DNA from: a virus | Length of the DNA stretch: 64,000 nucleotides | Direction: 5' to 3' (one strand) | Virus record (IMG/VR): IMGVR_UViG_3300017593_000751 | Span: 9,278-73,277 of that record | Notes under the pieces: model-generated | Seen by the model: only the letters and a program-made list of their open reading frames with translations | Databases searched by the model: none | Told to the model about the DNA's origin: nothing | Part shown: piece by piece, positions 45,763-55,514 of the stretch | How the letters are laid out: every line of letters starts with the position of its first letter | How positions within the stretch are numbered: the stretch's first letter is position 1 | Position numbers and translations under genes: made by a program

Positions 45763-47221
45763 ACAACTAGCCCGAGAATTGTTGGCCGACGAGGGGTTCC
45801 GCGCTCCGCCCATGTCTCATCAGGCGGTGGGCGTGGTTTGGGCGGCCTCGCTGGAACGGCCCAGGGCCGCCTTGTGGTTCGACATAGGCACCGGCAAAAC
45901 GCTTACCGCCCTCTTTGCCAACCAGTTTTGGGGCTTCCATCGGCTGTTGATAGTATGCCCGAACTGTGTGGTGGAAACTTGGGCCGAAGAAATCCGCGAC
46001 AAGACGCCGTGGAAGGCCGTCACTCTAACCGGACCCGGCGAAGAACGCCGGCGCTTGTTGTTCAGCGGCAAATCCGGCTTGTACGTCGTGAACTACGAAG
46101 GGCTGAAGGTGCTTTTCACCAAGCGAAGAAAGAACAAATGGACCATCAACCCGAAGGAGCTGAAAGCGACAGTAGCGGAGGCTCGTTTGGACTCTGTGGT
46201 CTTTGATGAAAGCCAGTGCCTTTCCAGCCCGCGAACACTTCAAACAAGGATAGCCGCCGAGCTGGCCCGTCAGGCCGATAAAGTCCTCTTGTTGACAGGC
46301 ACGCCGACCAGTCGGGGCGAGGACGATATATGGAGTCAGTTCCGCGTGATGGACGCCTCCTGGACGGCCAAGCATCTGGGCCGAACGCTGGACGGGTTCC
46401 GCAACCGCTGGATGGAGCCGGCTCAATGGGCTTGGATAACGACAAGACGGGGGCAGCGGCGAAAGATACCCACGCGTTGGCAGGTCAAGCCGAATTTGCG
46501 AGACCAACTCTACGACATCCTCGGCCAACGGGCTTTGCGATACAGCCGCGAAGAATGCTTCGACCTGCCGGAACGTTCCTACACCACGCGATACTGCTAT
46601 CTGACGGCTGAACAAGACGAAGCCATTGAAGAGCTGATAAACCGCTACGATGAAGATGAAGCCATGCTCCTGGCCACCAAGCTGGCCCAGGTGCCCGGAG
46701 GCACGCTGATAGAAGACCATGAAGCCCGACACTTCGTCCCCAACCCCAAGCTCGATTTGCTTATGGAAGTGCTGCGGGAGATAGGCGACCGAAAGGCCGT
46801 TGTGTATCATAGCTACGTCGAAGAGGGACGGCTTATTGAGGCACGTCTTCAACAGGAAGGCATTGGCTTCGCTTCTTTGCGGGGCGAGGTGCCGCCAGCG
46901 GAACGCGAGGCCGGACTACGCCGCCTGCGGGAAGACCCGCAATGCCGCGTGCTGGTGGCCCATCCGAAGAGCGGCGGGGTGGGCATCAACCTGCAACATA
47001 TAAACGTGTCCATATTTTATTCCAACGGCACCAGCGGGGCCGCCGTCCGCGCCCAGGCAGAAGGGCGAACCTGGCGGGCTGGGCAGAAGAGCAAATGCCT
47101 GTACATCGACCTCGTGGCTGTGGGCAGTTTGGACGAGCTGCGGCTGGAAAGGCTCCGCGACCAAACCGAGGTGATGCAAAAGGCTTTGGAATACGTGCGG
47201 GAGCGGCGTAAGTCTTTGTGA
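45746..47221 (+). CDS. SNF2-family helicase
   Basis: DIGTGKT, VNYE, DESQ, LTGTP, GVGINLQ, QAEGR..RAGQ. Confidence 0.92.
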   Translation: MGLPDEQLARELLADEGFRAPPMSHQAVGVVWAASLERPRAALWFDIGTGKTLTALFANQFWGFHRLLIVCPNCVVETWAEEIRDKTPWKAVTLTGPGEERRRLLFSGKSGLYVVNYEGLKVLFTKRRKNKWTINPKELKATVAEARLDSVVFDESQCLSSPRTLQTRIAAELARQADKVLLLTGTPTSRGEDDIWSQFRVMDASWTAKHLGRTLDGFRNRWMEPAQWAWITTRRGQRRKIPTRWQVKPNLRDQLYDILGQRALRYSREECFDLPERSYTTRYCYLTAEQDEAIEELINRYDEDEAMLLATKLAQVPGGTLIEDHEARHFVPNPKLDLLMEVLREIGDRKAVVYHSYVEEGRLIEARLQQEGIGFASLRGEVPPAEREAGLRRLREDPQCRVLVAHPKSGGVGINLQHINVSIFYSNGTSGAAVRAQAEGRTWRAGQKSKCLYIDLVAVGSLDELRLERLRDQTEVMQKALEYVRERRKSL

Positions 47222-47326
47222 GACAAAGAATAATAATTTTTCATTTTTTCTTGTTTTCGGCCTTGACTAAAGCCGACAGAGGCATATAATGTAAGTGTGA
47301 TGAAGATGAGAAAGGAGAACGAGATG
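47207..47326 (+). promoter_or_regulatory. Early sigma70-type promoter cassette, copy 2
   Basis: TTGACT(47263)-16 bp-TATAAT(47285); near-identical to copy 1. Confidence 0.85.
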
Positions 47327-47668
47327 ACGGCAGGCAAGAAGGTCAGCAAGAAGAAATGGGCCAAGTGGTGCGTGGAACTCATTCGTGAAGGTCGGATGAC
47401 CATTGACCGCGTGCCCTCCGCCGTTCAGGATTTGGTAAGACGCCAGCTCGCCGCGGACAGTCGGCAGGCTGGCGTTGTTCTTGAAGGGACGGTCAGACGG
47501 GAGACCGCCAAGGCCGTCCTGCTCAAAGTCGTCTCCGGGCAGCTGGAAGGCCAAGAGGTCTGGCTGCCCCTCAGCCAGATTCGTTGCCTGGCCGAAACGG
47601 ACCTGCCTTCTGGCGTGGTCCGCAAGTACGAAGTGCCCGTGTGGCTGGCCGAGAAGAAAGGAGCTTGA
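47324..47668 (+). CDS. Early protein with ETAKA...WLPLSQI domain
   Basis: Common phage motif; strong RBS. Confidence 0.7.
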   Translation: MTAGKKVSKKKWAKWCVELIREGRMTIDRVPSAVQDLVRRQLAADSRQAGVVLEGTVRRETAKAVLLKVVSGQLEGQEVWLPLSQIRCLAETDLPSGVVRKYEVPVWLAEKKGA

Positions 47669-47669
47669 G

Positions 47670-48143
47670 ATGACAGTACGAACCTGCGAACGTTGTAGAG
47701 GGACGGGGGTGAGCTGTTTCGGGGACACCTGCCGCCTCTGCGGCGGGACCGGAAAGATGGAGCCGCCGGACGTGAAGGCTATCATTGAAGCCATTACCAC
47801 GACCCGTGGGGCCTCCGAAGGCAAACGACGGTTCCGGGCCTCCAAGCCCAAGGAGGGCGGGCCGCGGGCCTATTACGTCTGGCGGCTCGCCCGCTTTCAC
47901 GGCGGGGCCGACGTGTCCATGCCCATCTGGGCGGAGACGTTGATAGAGGGCGACCCGTTCGAGCCTGAGCTGGATGCTTTGGCCAGCGAGGTCGCCAAGA
48001 TTGTTTTCGGCACTGACAAGGCCGCAGCCTATCGATGGGCGAACGCTTTAGGGCACGACCTGCCGGTGCCGAACGGCCTGCCCGCATCGGCCTATTCCGG
48101 AGGGCCGGTTCACGACGGTTTAGCTGACGTTTTGGAAGGCTGA
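47670..48143 (+). CDS. DnaJ-type zinc-finger early protein
   Basis: CERCRGTG, CRLCGGTG, YYVWRLARFHGG. Confidence 0.7.
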   Translation: MTVRTCERCRGTGVSCFGDTCRLCGGTGKMEPPDVKAIIEAITTTRGASEGKRRFRASKPKEGGPRAYYVWRLARFHGGADVSMPIWAETLIEGDPFEPELDALASEVAKIVFGTDKAAAYRWANALGHDLPVPNGLPASAYSGGPVHDGLADVLEG

Positions 48144-48221
48144 CCATGCCCCCGACCGCCCCACGGGGCGGGAGGGGATGTGGCCAGCGTAGGACTGGTC
48201 AAAAGAAGAAAGGAGAATAAG

Positions 48222-48788
48222 ATGAAGTACGAGTTCAAGGTCGGGCAGAAGGTCGTTCTGGAGCGCTGCGGCCAGCCCCGCCAAGTGGTTTCCATCCGCA
48301 AGGTGTGGAAGAACGGTGTGGTGGAGTTGGAGACGGGGGACGGCCACCGTGGCGCATTGTACAACCCGAACGGCAGCCCGCGCGGTCGGTGGGTTTTCGG
48401 GGACTATCGCATCCGACCCCTGCGTGACGACGAGACTGCCGAAGGCGTGGAGGCAGCCATTCGTGACAGGGAACAACTGGAGGTCATAAGGATAAAGCAA
48501 CGAGAGAAGCACCACCAACAGGCGATAAACACTTGGTGGGAAGAAAAGGGCCTTGCAATCTGTAACCAAGCCTCCAACTTCAACGGCACGGAGACGGTGC
48601 GGTGGAAATCCGACGGTAGGACATACGTCGGGCTCATCTATATCCGCCACCGCCGGGACTTCCGTTCTCCCTTCTTCGTTGGAATCCGGGGCTTCATGTG
48701 GAACGACAAGGGCGAATGTTTGGGCGGGTTCACCCGTGAAGGCTTTGGCGCGGACCTCAGGGAGGCTTTGTACGAGGCATGCCGTTGA
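48222..48788 (+). CDS. Hypothetical early protein
   Basis: AAAGGAG RBS; FKVGQKV SH3-like start. Confidence 0.65.
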   Translation: MKYEFKVGQKVVLERCGQPRQVVSIRKVWKNGVVELETGDGHRGALYNPNGSPRGRWVFGDYRIRPLRDDETAEGVEAAIRDREQLEVIRIKQREKHHQQAINTWWEEKGLAICNQASNFNGTETVRWKSDGRTYVGLIYIRHRRDFRSPFFVGIRGFMWNDKGECLGGFTREGFGADLREALYEACR

Positions 48789-48804
48789 GAAAGGAGCTGG
48801 ACCA

Positions 48805-49083
48805 ATGGCCCGCAAGAGGATGACGATTGAAGAGAAGGTGGCCCGGGCCGAGGCCCGCCGCATCAGCCGAATGGCCCGGTCCGCCATCCGGATTCTTGAA
48901 CGCCGCGACGAGCGGCGGGGGTGCCCGTTCGAAGCGAGGATTCTCGCCAGTGAGATATACCGCCGGAACTTCTTCGCGTTTCGCGGCGCGGTCCAAGACC
49001 TGCTGTCTGCTGGCGAGGACCCGACGACCATCCCGGCCAAGGTGGCCCGGATGTACGAAGAAGGCTTGTTGAAAAATAACTAA
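48805..49083 (+). CDS. Hypothetical early protein
   Basis: AAAGGAG RBS. Confidence 0.6.
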   Translation: MARKRMTIEEKVARAEARRISRMARSAIRILERRDERRGCPFEARILASEIYRRNFFAFRGAVQDLLSAGEDPTTIPAKVARMYEEGLLKNN

Positions 49084-49089
49084 AGCCCC

Positions 49090-49117
49090 TTGACAAAATG
49101 GCCGATGGGCATATAAT
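49090..49117 (+). promoter_or_regulatory. Sigma70-type promoter
   Basis: TTGACA-16 bp-TATAAT with the same CCGA and GGCA spacer motifs as the other two. Confidence 0.8.
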
Positions 49118-49145
49118 GAGGGTGAACAAGAAAGGAGCAAGCCCG

Positions 49146-49751
49146 ATGAAGGAATGGCCAATCCTCTTTGAACGGCTGGGGGAGAACTCGGACACCCCAC
49201 CTGACCCCGTGGATGTTTGGCGGGGCCAGGTGGACCTTGACGAGGAGGGGACGTATTGTCTAAGCTTTGATGACAATCGCCCCGTCCGCGTCAAGAAGTA
49301 CGAGGTCCGCTTGGTTTCACTGCCCGACTGGCTGGACCCGAAGGAGTGGATTCGAGATGCAGTCACGTGGAAGTGGGTTTGGGGGTCCGGGGCCTCGCCG
49401 GAGTGGCCCGAGTCTTGGCAGAGGGGACTTGCCGGGATGGGCGAAGCGCCCAGGTATGCCTGTATTCAACTTCTCAAGACCTACAAGACCGGCCGCTTCC
49501 GCTCCGACTTCCGCCGCGCGTTGGCGGAGCATCTAGTTGAATGGCTAGAAACTCCAGTGGCCGAAAGGAAGTACGACTCGCCCTTCAGTCAGCGACAGTG
49601 GGTGTGTCTATGCAACGGCCACATCCGAAGGCGGGCAAACCAGATTTCTTCCCAGTTATACTGGGACCGACGCCCTGTTGGCAAGCTGCCGAGCAAAGAA
49701 GAAGCTTACGCTCTCGTGGGAACCGTGGGAACCACGTTGGAGAAGTGCTAA
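49146..49751 (+). CDS. Hypothetical early protein
   Basis: Promoter and RBS. Confidence 0.7.
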   Translation: MKEWPILFERLGENSDTPPDPVDVWRGQVDLDEEGTYCLSFDDNRPVRVKKYEVRLVSLPDWLDPKEWIRDAVTWKWVWGSGASPEWPESWQRGLAGMGEAPRYACIQLLKTYKTGRFRSDFRRALAEHLVEWLETPVAERKYDSPFSQRQWVCLCNGHIRRRANQISSQLYWDRRPVGKLPSKEEAYALVGTVGTTLEKC

Positions 49752-49762
49752 TGACTAACACA

Positions 49763-49826
49763 GAGACGCCCGGGCGCGACTTTCGTTCCTGTCAGACGTT
49801 CTCCTTTCCAAGCGCCCGGGCGTCTC
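49763..49826 (+). promoter_or_regulatory. Perfect 15-bp hairpin with anti-SD loop, upstream of sigma gene
   Basis: GAGACGCCCGGGCGC/GCGCCCGGGCGTCTC; loop contains TTCTCCTTTC. Confidence 0.6.
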
Positions 49827-49848
49827 GCAGATAAGAAAGGACAACACA

Positions 49849-50448
49849 ATGACTACACAAGTCGCCCCCTCCGCCGTAGAGGCCCCGTCAATCCCGCCGT
49901 TCAGCCAGTTTGAACCGCTGGTCTGGCGGATGTCCAAGTTCTGCTGGGACAGGCTGCCAGTCCCCCGGCCCATGTCTCTGAACGACCTTTTCCAAGAGGG
50001 CTGGCTGGCCTACCAAAGGGCCGTCAATTGGTACGACCCCGGCCAAGGCACCAAGTTCATCACCTACTTTTGGTGGGCCTTACGCAAGCACTACGCCTGC
50101 ATCCTCAACAAGGCGATGAAACATCATGCCCATCCAAGCTCTGTTTGCTTCGTTGACGATTCCGGCAAAGAAATGGGACTGGAGCAAATCGCCGACCCCA
50201 ACCCGCCTCAGCCGCGGTTCCCTCTGGCCGAAATGTTCCTGCACCGTCTAAGCCGAGAGGCTTTGCTGGTAGTCCGGGCCTTTCTTCAAGGCGGAGAGTT
50301 CGACGATTGGGAGGCTCGGCATTACACACGCCTTTCCTCTGGACCTTTGCGGTTACGGCGAGTGATGAAGTTCCTCAAGGTCACCGACCCGAAAGCTGTC
50401 ATGAACGAAATTGCCGCCGGCCTGCTGGGGCCGGAGGCTGTTTGTTAG
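49849..50448 (+). CDS. Phage sigma-70-like factor (region 2)
   Basis: DLFQEG..AV..YDP..GTKFITY..W. Confidence 0.8.
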   Translation: MTTQVAPSAVEAPSIPPFSQFEPLVWRMSKFCWDRLPVPRPMSLNDLFQEGWLAYQRAVNWYDPGQGTKFITYFWWALRKHYACILNKAMKHHAHPSSVCFVDDSGKEMGLEQIADPNPPQPRFPLAEMFLHRLSREALLVVRAFLQGGEFDDWEARHYTRLSSGPLRLRRVMKFLKVTDPKAVMNEIAAGLLGPEAVC

Positions 50449-50466
50449 AGAAGGGGGGAAAGAAAA

Positions 50467-50805
50467 ATGAACACGGCGCGGACGTTCTTGGTTCCAAAGT
50501 TCATTGCTACCAGTACCGTAGAATTGCGACGGGCCGTTTGGCGTGCGGTTTTTGACGCCTATCGGACGGGATGGGATTACGTCCGGTGGGAGCATGAATA
50601 CGTTTCCGAATCCCGCGGTTGTCCGGCGGAGGGGCCGAAATTGCGGGATGGGGAAGAAGAGTTCATGTCCTGGAATAGCTCACCAATGGCCGTGAGCTAC
50701 GCCGACATGAACTATCTTATCCGCGGCCACGGCCAACCTCCGCAGGACATAGCCCCCGACCTCTGTCCTTGCACAGAGGATGAGTTAAAGGAGCTAATTC
50801 AATGA
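50467..50805 (+). CDS. Hypothetical protein
   Basis: RBS and operon packing. Confidence 0.55.
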   Translation: MNTARTFLVPKFIATSTVELRRAVWRAVFDAYRTGWDYVRWEHEYVSESRGCPAEGPKLRDGEEEFMSWNSSPMAVSYADMNYLIRGHGQPPQDIAPDLCPCTEDELKELIQ

Positions 50806-51008
50806 ACTGTCTGATGCGAGCCTGGACGCCCGTCTGTTGGGTGGCCAGTGAACCGGCCCAACTTGCGGGCCTGTTGGTCCGACACCGGCGGAGTCGGCGA
50901 TATGCTCTGGCCGACGAGGCCGGACTGCGGACCGTGCCGCAAAGGTGGGCCGAGAAGATACACGCCGCTTTGGCCTGGGACCGGAAAACCTGTTGTGGCG
51001 GCATCTAA
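50802..51008 (+). CDS. Hypothetical protein
   Basis: Overlaps stop of upstream gene. Confidence 0.4.
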   Translation: MNCLMRAWTPVCWVASEPAQLAGLLVRHRRSRRYALADEAGLRTVPQRWAEKIHAALAWDRKTCCGGI

Positions 51009-51030
51009 ACGGACTAACCGGCCCATTTCG

Positions 51031-51125
51031 CCGCCTGGCTGGCCGCAGGAGGCGTTTTCTCGGCCTAGGTGGTAGGTGGATACCATTTGGGCCGAAAAAT
51101 GCCTTACAGGGCGAATATGGCGGTT
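51031..51125 (+). repeat. 95-bp hairpin element, copy 2
   Basis: Reverse complement of 11620-11714; at the convergent strand switch. Confidence 0.9.
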
Positions 51126-51133
51126 CCGGCCAG

Positions 51134-51400
51134 CTAGAACAATCCTTCGGGGCAGCGGAAATCCGGGTCCTTCAAAGCCTCGTACAAGTCCACGCGGGCA
51201 TTCGCCTGCAAGTCCACGCAGAAGGCCCGCAGGCCCGGCGGTTTGACCAATCGGGCGCAGGCCCGTCCGCAAGGGCTGGCCCGCATGCAGATAGAATAGC
51301 GGTGAAAAAAGGCAGCTTCCGCCTTCCCCTTGACAAATAAAGTGGCTATGGCCTCTCGATTGGAGGACGCGGAACGTCTAGAACGTTTCGGGCAGGTCAT
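51134..51400 (-). CDS. Small Cys-rich tail-module protein
   Basis: ATGA coupling; terminal CPEGLF. Confidence 0.55.
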   Translation of the reverse strand: MTCPKRSRRSASSNREAIATLFVKGKAEAAFFHRYSICMRASPCGRACARLVKPPGLRAFCVDLQANARVDLYEALKDPDFRCPEGLF

Positions 51401-51897
51401 CCTACCGACACCGAAGCCGTGCAGCCGCTACAAGTGGCCGCGTCGCCGTTCAAACTAAAATTACCCGTGACGTGGCCGCCGGTGCAGCTCAAATCGTTAG
51501 TCACGTCGGTTATGCCACTAACGCAAGAACAAGAATTGTCGTCCCCGCCGAAGTACCGGTAGTGGTCGCCGGGGCCGAACCAACGGTCGATGTACGAGCA
51601 CCAAGTCTGGTCGGCCTTGCAGTAATAGATATACAAGTCATACCGCCCGCCACTGCCGTCGTCCTTGGACCATCGCCAATAACAATAGTTGGTGTCGTCC
51701 GCAAAATCTTGGTAAGTGTAAGTTCCTGCCGCGTTTTGGCAATCGTTGCTGCAAGAGCTATTTACAGTCACCGACACCGTGGCGTCGGGCTGGTTGCCAC
51801 TACAAGCCACGCAAGGCCCGCAACAGCAGGCGGCGTCCATCGCCACCTTGCGGGAGGCGGTAAAAAGAATCCTGTCGTTGTAGAACATCACCGGCAT
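51397..51897 (-). CDS. Cys-rich tail tip/receptor-binding candidate
   Basis: N-terminal ACCCGPC; last large gene of tail module. Confidence 0.65.
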   Translation of the reverse strand: MPVMFYNDRILFTASRKVAMDAACCCGPCVACSGNQPDATVSVTVNSSCSNDCQNAAGTYTYQDFADDTNYCYWRWSKDDGSGGRYDLYIYYCKADQTWCSYIDRWFGPGDHYRYFGGDDNSCSCVSGITDVTNDLSCTGGHVTGNFSLNGDAATCSGCTASVSVG

Positions 51898-52664
51898 TAA
51901 GTACAATCACTCCCCGTATGCCAAGTGCTCCAGCCTTGGTCGCTCTTGGCCGGCACCCAGACCTTGACGGTACGATATTGCAGCTTGAGGTCCGAAACGC
52001 GGATGTCCGAGACGACGATAAGCTCCTGGAATTGAAACGCCACCCAAGGGTTCAGCCTGGCGTCGGAGTCAATGAACATCCAGCCCTTGGCCCAGAAGTG
52101 GTCAGAGTTGGCCGGGTCCCCGCTCACGTCGCTGGCCACGGGGTCGCTACGGACAGGAAACAACGGAGAGTCCGAACCTTCCGGGTCATAGACGCCGTGG
52201 AAACAAGGCGGGGGCGTTTCACTCATGACGTACCGGGGCAAAGTGGGCGTGGAGCGGTCCTCCAGCTCGAAAACCACCACCCGCATCCCGTTGGGCAGGA
52301 TGTGAGTATTGTCCGATTCCTCCGGCAAATTGACCACAGTAACAGTATCGGAGCGCGGGAAGGTCTCATCCGCCCAGACCAACAAGTCAGATTGGCTACC
52401 ATCGGAACTGGCTATCTTCTGCCGAACGACGAAGTACCGGCAGTCGGAGTAGTCGCTGGGCTGGCTGGAGGCGTCTATCTTGCCTACCCACCATCGCCCG
52501 TGGTCTATCAAGGACAGATAGTCCCCCTCCGTTGTCTCAGTCAACTTGAGAGGGGGGCTGACGACCAGTCGCCGGCGGACGGCGCGAACAATCTTGTTCA
52601 AGTGCTCGGCCGACAAGGCGCGCTGGCCTGCGCGGAAGTCCTTGATGCTCTCGCGCTCTATCAT
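51897..52664 (-). CDS. Minor tail protein
   Basis: GQRALSAEHLNKIV N-terminal pattern; position after tape measure. Confidence 0.65.
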   Translation of the reverse strand: MIERESIKDFRAGQRALSAEHLNKIVRAVRRRLVVSPPLKLTETTEGDYLSLIDHGRWWVGKIDASSQPSDYSDCRYFVVRQKIASSDGSQSDLLVWADETFPRSDTVTVVNLPEESDNTHILPNGMRVVVFELEDRSTPTLPRYVMSETPPPCFHGVYDPEGSDSPLFPVRSDPVASDVSGDPANSDHFWAKGWMFIDSDARLNPWVAFQFQELIVVSDIRVSDLKLQYRTVKVWVPAKSDQGWSTWHTGSDCT

Positions 52665-52672
52665 GTCAGGCC

Positions 52673-53443
52673 CTACCAGTTCTGCGGGTCAAGGTCGGAG
52701 AATATAGCATCGCTGAAGGGCGGGTTGCCTTTGCTATCCACCATACGATAGAACCCAGGAGGATTTGGGGGCTTCTTGGTATCACGCTCACGCCAGAAAT
52801 GATTCCAGGTATGGTCCCTCTTGGCCCCGAACTTGTAGGTCAGAATAGTAACTGTATTGCCTTCGCTGTCCTTACCTTCTTGCAGGTCGGCCCCCAGGAA
52901 AAGCAACGTCTCAGCCGAGTAGGCATAACCCTTCAACGTTATGGTGTCGGAGTTGACCTTGCCCAAACAATTGAAGATATAATCCTTGCCGATTGCGGTG
53001 TCCTTGTCAGTCCTGCCGGTCAAAGTCAAAGTGACGTGGGGGAAAAGCTTGACGGCCCCCACGTTGTCCTCGGCCCGGACCGGCTCGTTGGTATCGGACC
53101 ACTTGAAGCCCTCACCGAGCGTGATTCCCTCGCCCCCGCCTTCCCACCTCTCCTCCCAGGTGTTCATGTCATTGTTCACCCAGTCGGGTTCGGTGGTGAA
53201 AGTGGCCCGGATGATAGCCGTCTTGGGGCCTCCGGTGGTGGGGTCGGCGTCGCCGGCGGGCGTTACGGTTACACCGGCACAGTACATGAAATTGAAGTCC
53301 GAGTGCTGGCGGCGCAAGAGGTCGCTGACCACGATGGTGCGGTCGCTCCAGGCACACCTATAAGTGCCTTGGGCCTCACCCCGGCGGTGATTGAACCGCT
53401 CTTCGTAGCCTTCCCACAAACGTTCCCAATCGGACTCCGCCAT
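52673..53443 (-). CDS. Distal tail/hub-like protein
   Basis: Directly downstream of tape measure; GKVNS..ETLLF motif. Confidence 0.6.
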   Translation of the reverse strand: MAESDWERLWEGYEERFNHRRGEAQGTYRCAWSDRTIVVSDLLRRQHSDFNFMYCAGVTVTPAGDADPTTGGPKTAIIRATFTTEPDWVNNDMNTWEERWEGGGEGITLGEGFKWSDTNEPVRAEDNVGAVKLFPHVTLTLTGRTDKDTAIGKDYIFNCLGKVNSDTITLKGYAYSAETLLFLGADLQEGKDSEGNTVTILTYKFGAKRDHTWNHFWRERDTKKPPNPPGFYRMVDSKGNPPFSDAIFSDLDPQNW

Positions 53444-53447
53444 GTTT

Positions 53448-55514
53448 CTACTCCACCACTACGGGTTGGCCAATCTTTTCGTGAATCATCTTGAGCAACT
53501 TGTTGGTAATTTTCAGCTCCTTTACTTCCGGCGATAGGGCGGCGGACTGGAGCCTCCGCCACAGGTCCGCCATGCCCATCCACCGCCCGCCTCGTGGGCT
53601 GAATCCCTTCATTATCTCTTGAAGCCGGGCCTCGAAGTACTCTTTCTCCACTCCGGTCATCCGGCCTACGTTGGTTATCTCTCGCAGCAGACGCCGCAAG
53701 GCGGCCGCCCTGCCTCCATATCTCGACCGGTAGATAACATCCATCATGCTGTCCAAGCGACGGCGGCGTTCTTGGAAACCCTCCATTTCAATCCTGTTCC
53801 GCTCAGCGGCGAGCCGCTCGGCCTTTTCTTTCATCCTCCTATTGAACTCGTCCTCCGCCTTGAGTCGTTGTTCATTTGCCCAGTCATAGATTTTGACCAC
53901 ATCCAAACCATACTTCTCGGCCACTTCCAACATCTGGTCCCGCCATTGTTCAATTCGCAACAGGGCCTTTTCCAAATCGGTCCCCGCGAACCCGACAAAC
54001 ATTTCGGTTAGTATCCCCTCTCCTTTCCGCTCCATCCTTTTCTTCTTCCGCCACTTCTCCAACATGGCGTCCACTTCCGCCATTAACTTGGCCGTGGGAG
54101 AGAGCTTTCCTTTCGCCGTCCTCCGCCCGGCGATAATCTTGTCGTGGGCTTCGTAGAACCTCGCAATTGCTTCTTCTTCTCTCTTCTTGGCTTCTGTGTG
54201 CTGTCCCCACAATTTGAAAGCTTCTTCTATCGCCTCAGACAGCGACATCATACCAGGCACTTTGGCCATTTTGGCCAATCGAGTCGTCAACTCGGTAACA
54301 AGAAGAATCAGGGACACGACCAGCCCTTTGATGGAGCCGAGAATGACGAGAAGGCCCTTGAGGCCCTTTATCGCAGGTCGCAGAGCGGCCAATGCGGCTG
54401 TTAGCGCCGTAAAGGCCACGGCCCCTTTCTGCACAACGCTGGGCATTCCTTTCAACGTTCCCGTCAAATTGGAAAGCCAGTCCACCGCTTCTTTCAAGGC
54501 CGGTAAAAGGGCCTCCCCCAATTGAACCCCCAAGTCCTTGAACGCCTGCTTCAATTGATTCAACCGAAAAGCGAACGTTTTCGTGGTCTTGGCATAAGCC
54601 TCTTGAGACATCCCCGCGGCACTGGAAATCAGGGCCACATCCCTATAATAACCACTTAGGTCTTTAAGTGCGGCGGCCACACCTTTCAATCCGCGGATGT
54701 TGGGGAACAAAGCCGCCACCTGCTCGGCGGAAAGATTGTTGATGCGTTCAAATACCCCCGCCAACCCCTCCGCTTTCAACGTGGCCGTGCTCATTTCAAA
54801 GCCCAGTTCTTTGGCCAACTCTTTGGCCTCGTCTGTAGGCTTCAAGAATGAGCGCAGAATGCCCACCACTGCGGTCATGGCTTGGTCTGCATTGATACCA
54901 GCCCTAGTAATAGTAGAAATGGCGGCCAGGAGTTCTTCCAATTTCAAGCCCGACACGGCCGCCGTGGCTGCGGCTTTACCGATTGAAGAGGCCAGCTGTT
55001 CGAAGGTCAATTTACCGCGCTTGACCGTGGCGAACAACTTGTCGGAAATTTCGGCTGCCTTGGACGCCGGCAAACGATAAGAGTTAAGAATAGTCGTAAT
55101 AGCATCGGCGGCCACGGCGGTAGAGGTCATGCCCGCAGCGGCGGCTTTGGCGGAAGCCCTCAGAACGTCCAAAGCCTCCGCAGGGGCCACGCTGGCCGAC
55201 AAGATATCATACAAGCCTTTGGACAAAGTAGCCGTTGATTCGCCTAACTCCACCGACAAGCGTCGTACCCCTTTGGCGAAAGGTCCCATCCACCTCATGT
55301 CCGCTTCAGACAGCATGGTGGAAACCATCGCCATTTGTTTCTCAAACTTCGCGGCGGCGTAAACAGCCCCCGAAATAGCGCCAGCCATGCCCAAGAAGGC
55401 GCGACGGGCGTAGCGGCTCAGCCCACCCAGTCTGGAATGAAGCTTGTCTAGGTTATGCTGTAACCTAGCCAGCCCTTTCGCCCGGAGCTCAACGTATAAA
55501 TCGGCTAGTTTCAT
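53448..55514 (-). CDS. Tail tape measure protein (TP901-like)
   Basis: LADLYVEL start, FEKQMAMV, GKLTFEQLA; Ala-rich helical. Confidence 0.93.
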   Translation of the reverse strand: MKLADLYVELRAKGLARLQHNLDKLHSRLGGLSRYARRAFLGMAGAISGAVYAAAKFEKQMAMVSTMLSEADMRWMGPFAKGVRRLSVELGESTATLSKGLYDILSASVAPAEALDVLRASAKAAAAGMTSTAVAADAITTILNSYRLPASKAAEISDKLFATVKRGKLTFEQLASSIGKAAATAAVSGLKLEELLAAISTITRAGINADQAMTAVVGILRSFLKPTDEAKELAKELGFEMSTATLKAEGLAGVFERINNLSAEQVAALFPNIRGLKGVAAALKDLSGYYRDVALISSAAGMSQEAYAKTTKTFAFRLNQLKQAFKDLGVQLGEALLPALKEAVDWLSNLTGTLKGMPSVVQKGAVAFTALTAALAALRPAIKGLKGLLVILGSIKGLVVSLILLVTELTTRLAKMAKVPGMMSLSEAIEEAFKLWGQHTEAKKREEEAIARFYEAHDKIIAGRRTAKGKLSPTAKLMAEVDAMLEKWRKKKRMERKGEGILTEMFVGFAGTDLEKALLRIEQWRDQMLEVAEKYGLDVVKIYDWANEQRLKAEDEFNRRMKEKAERLAAERNRIEMEGFQERRRRLDSMMDVIYRSRYGGRAAALRRLLREITNVGRMTGVEKEYFEARLQEIMKGFSPRGGRWMGMADLWRRLQSAALSPEVKELKITNKLLKMIHEKIGQPVVVE

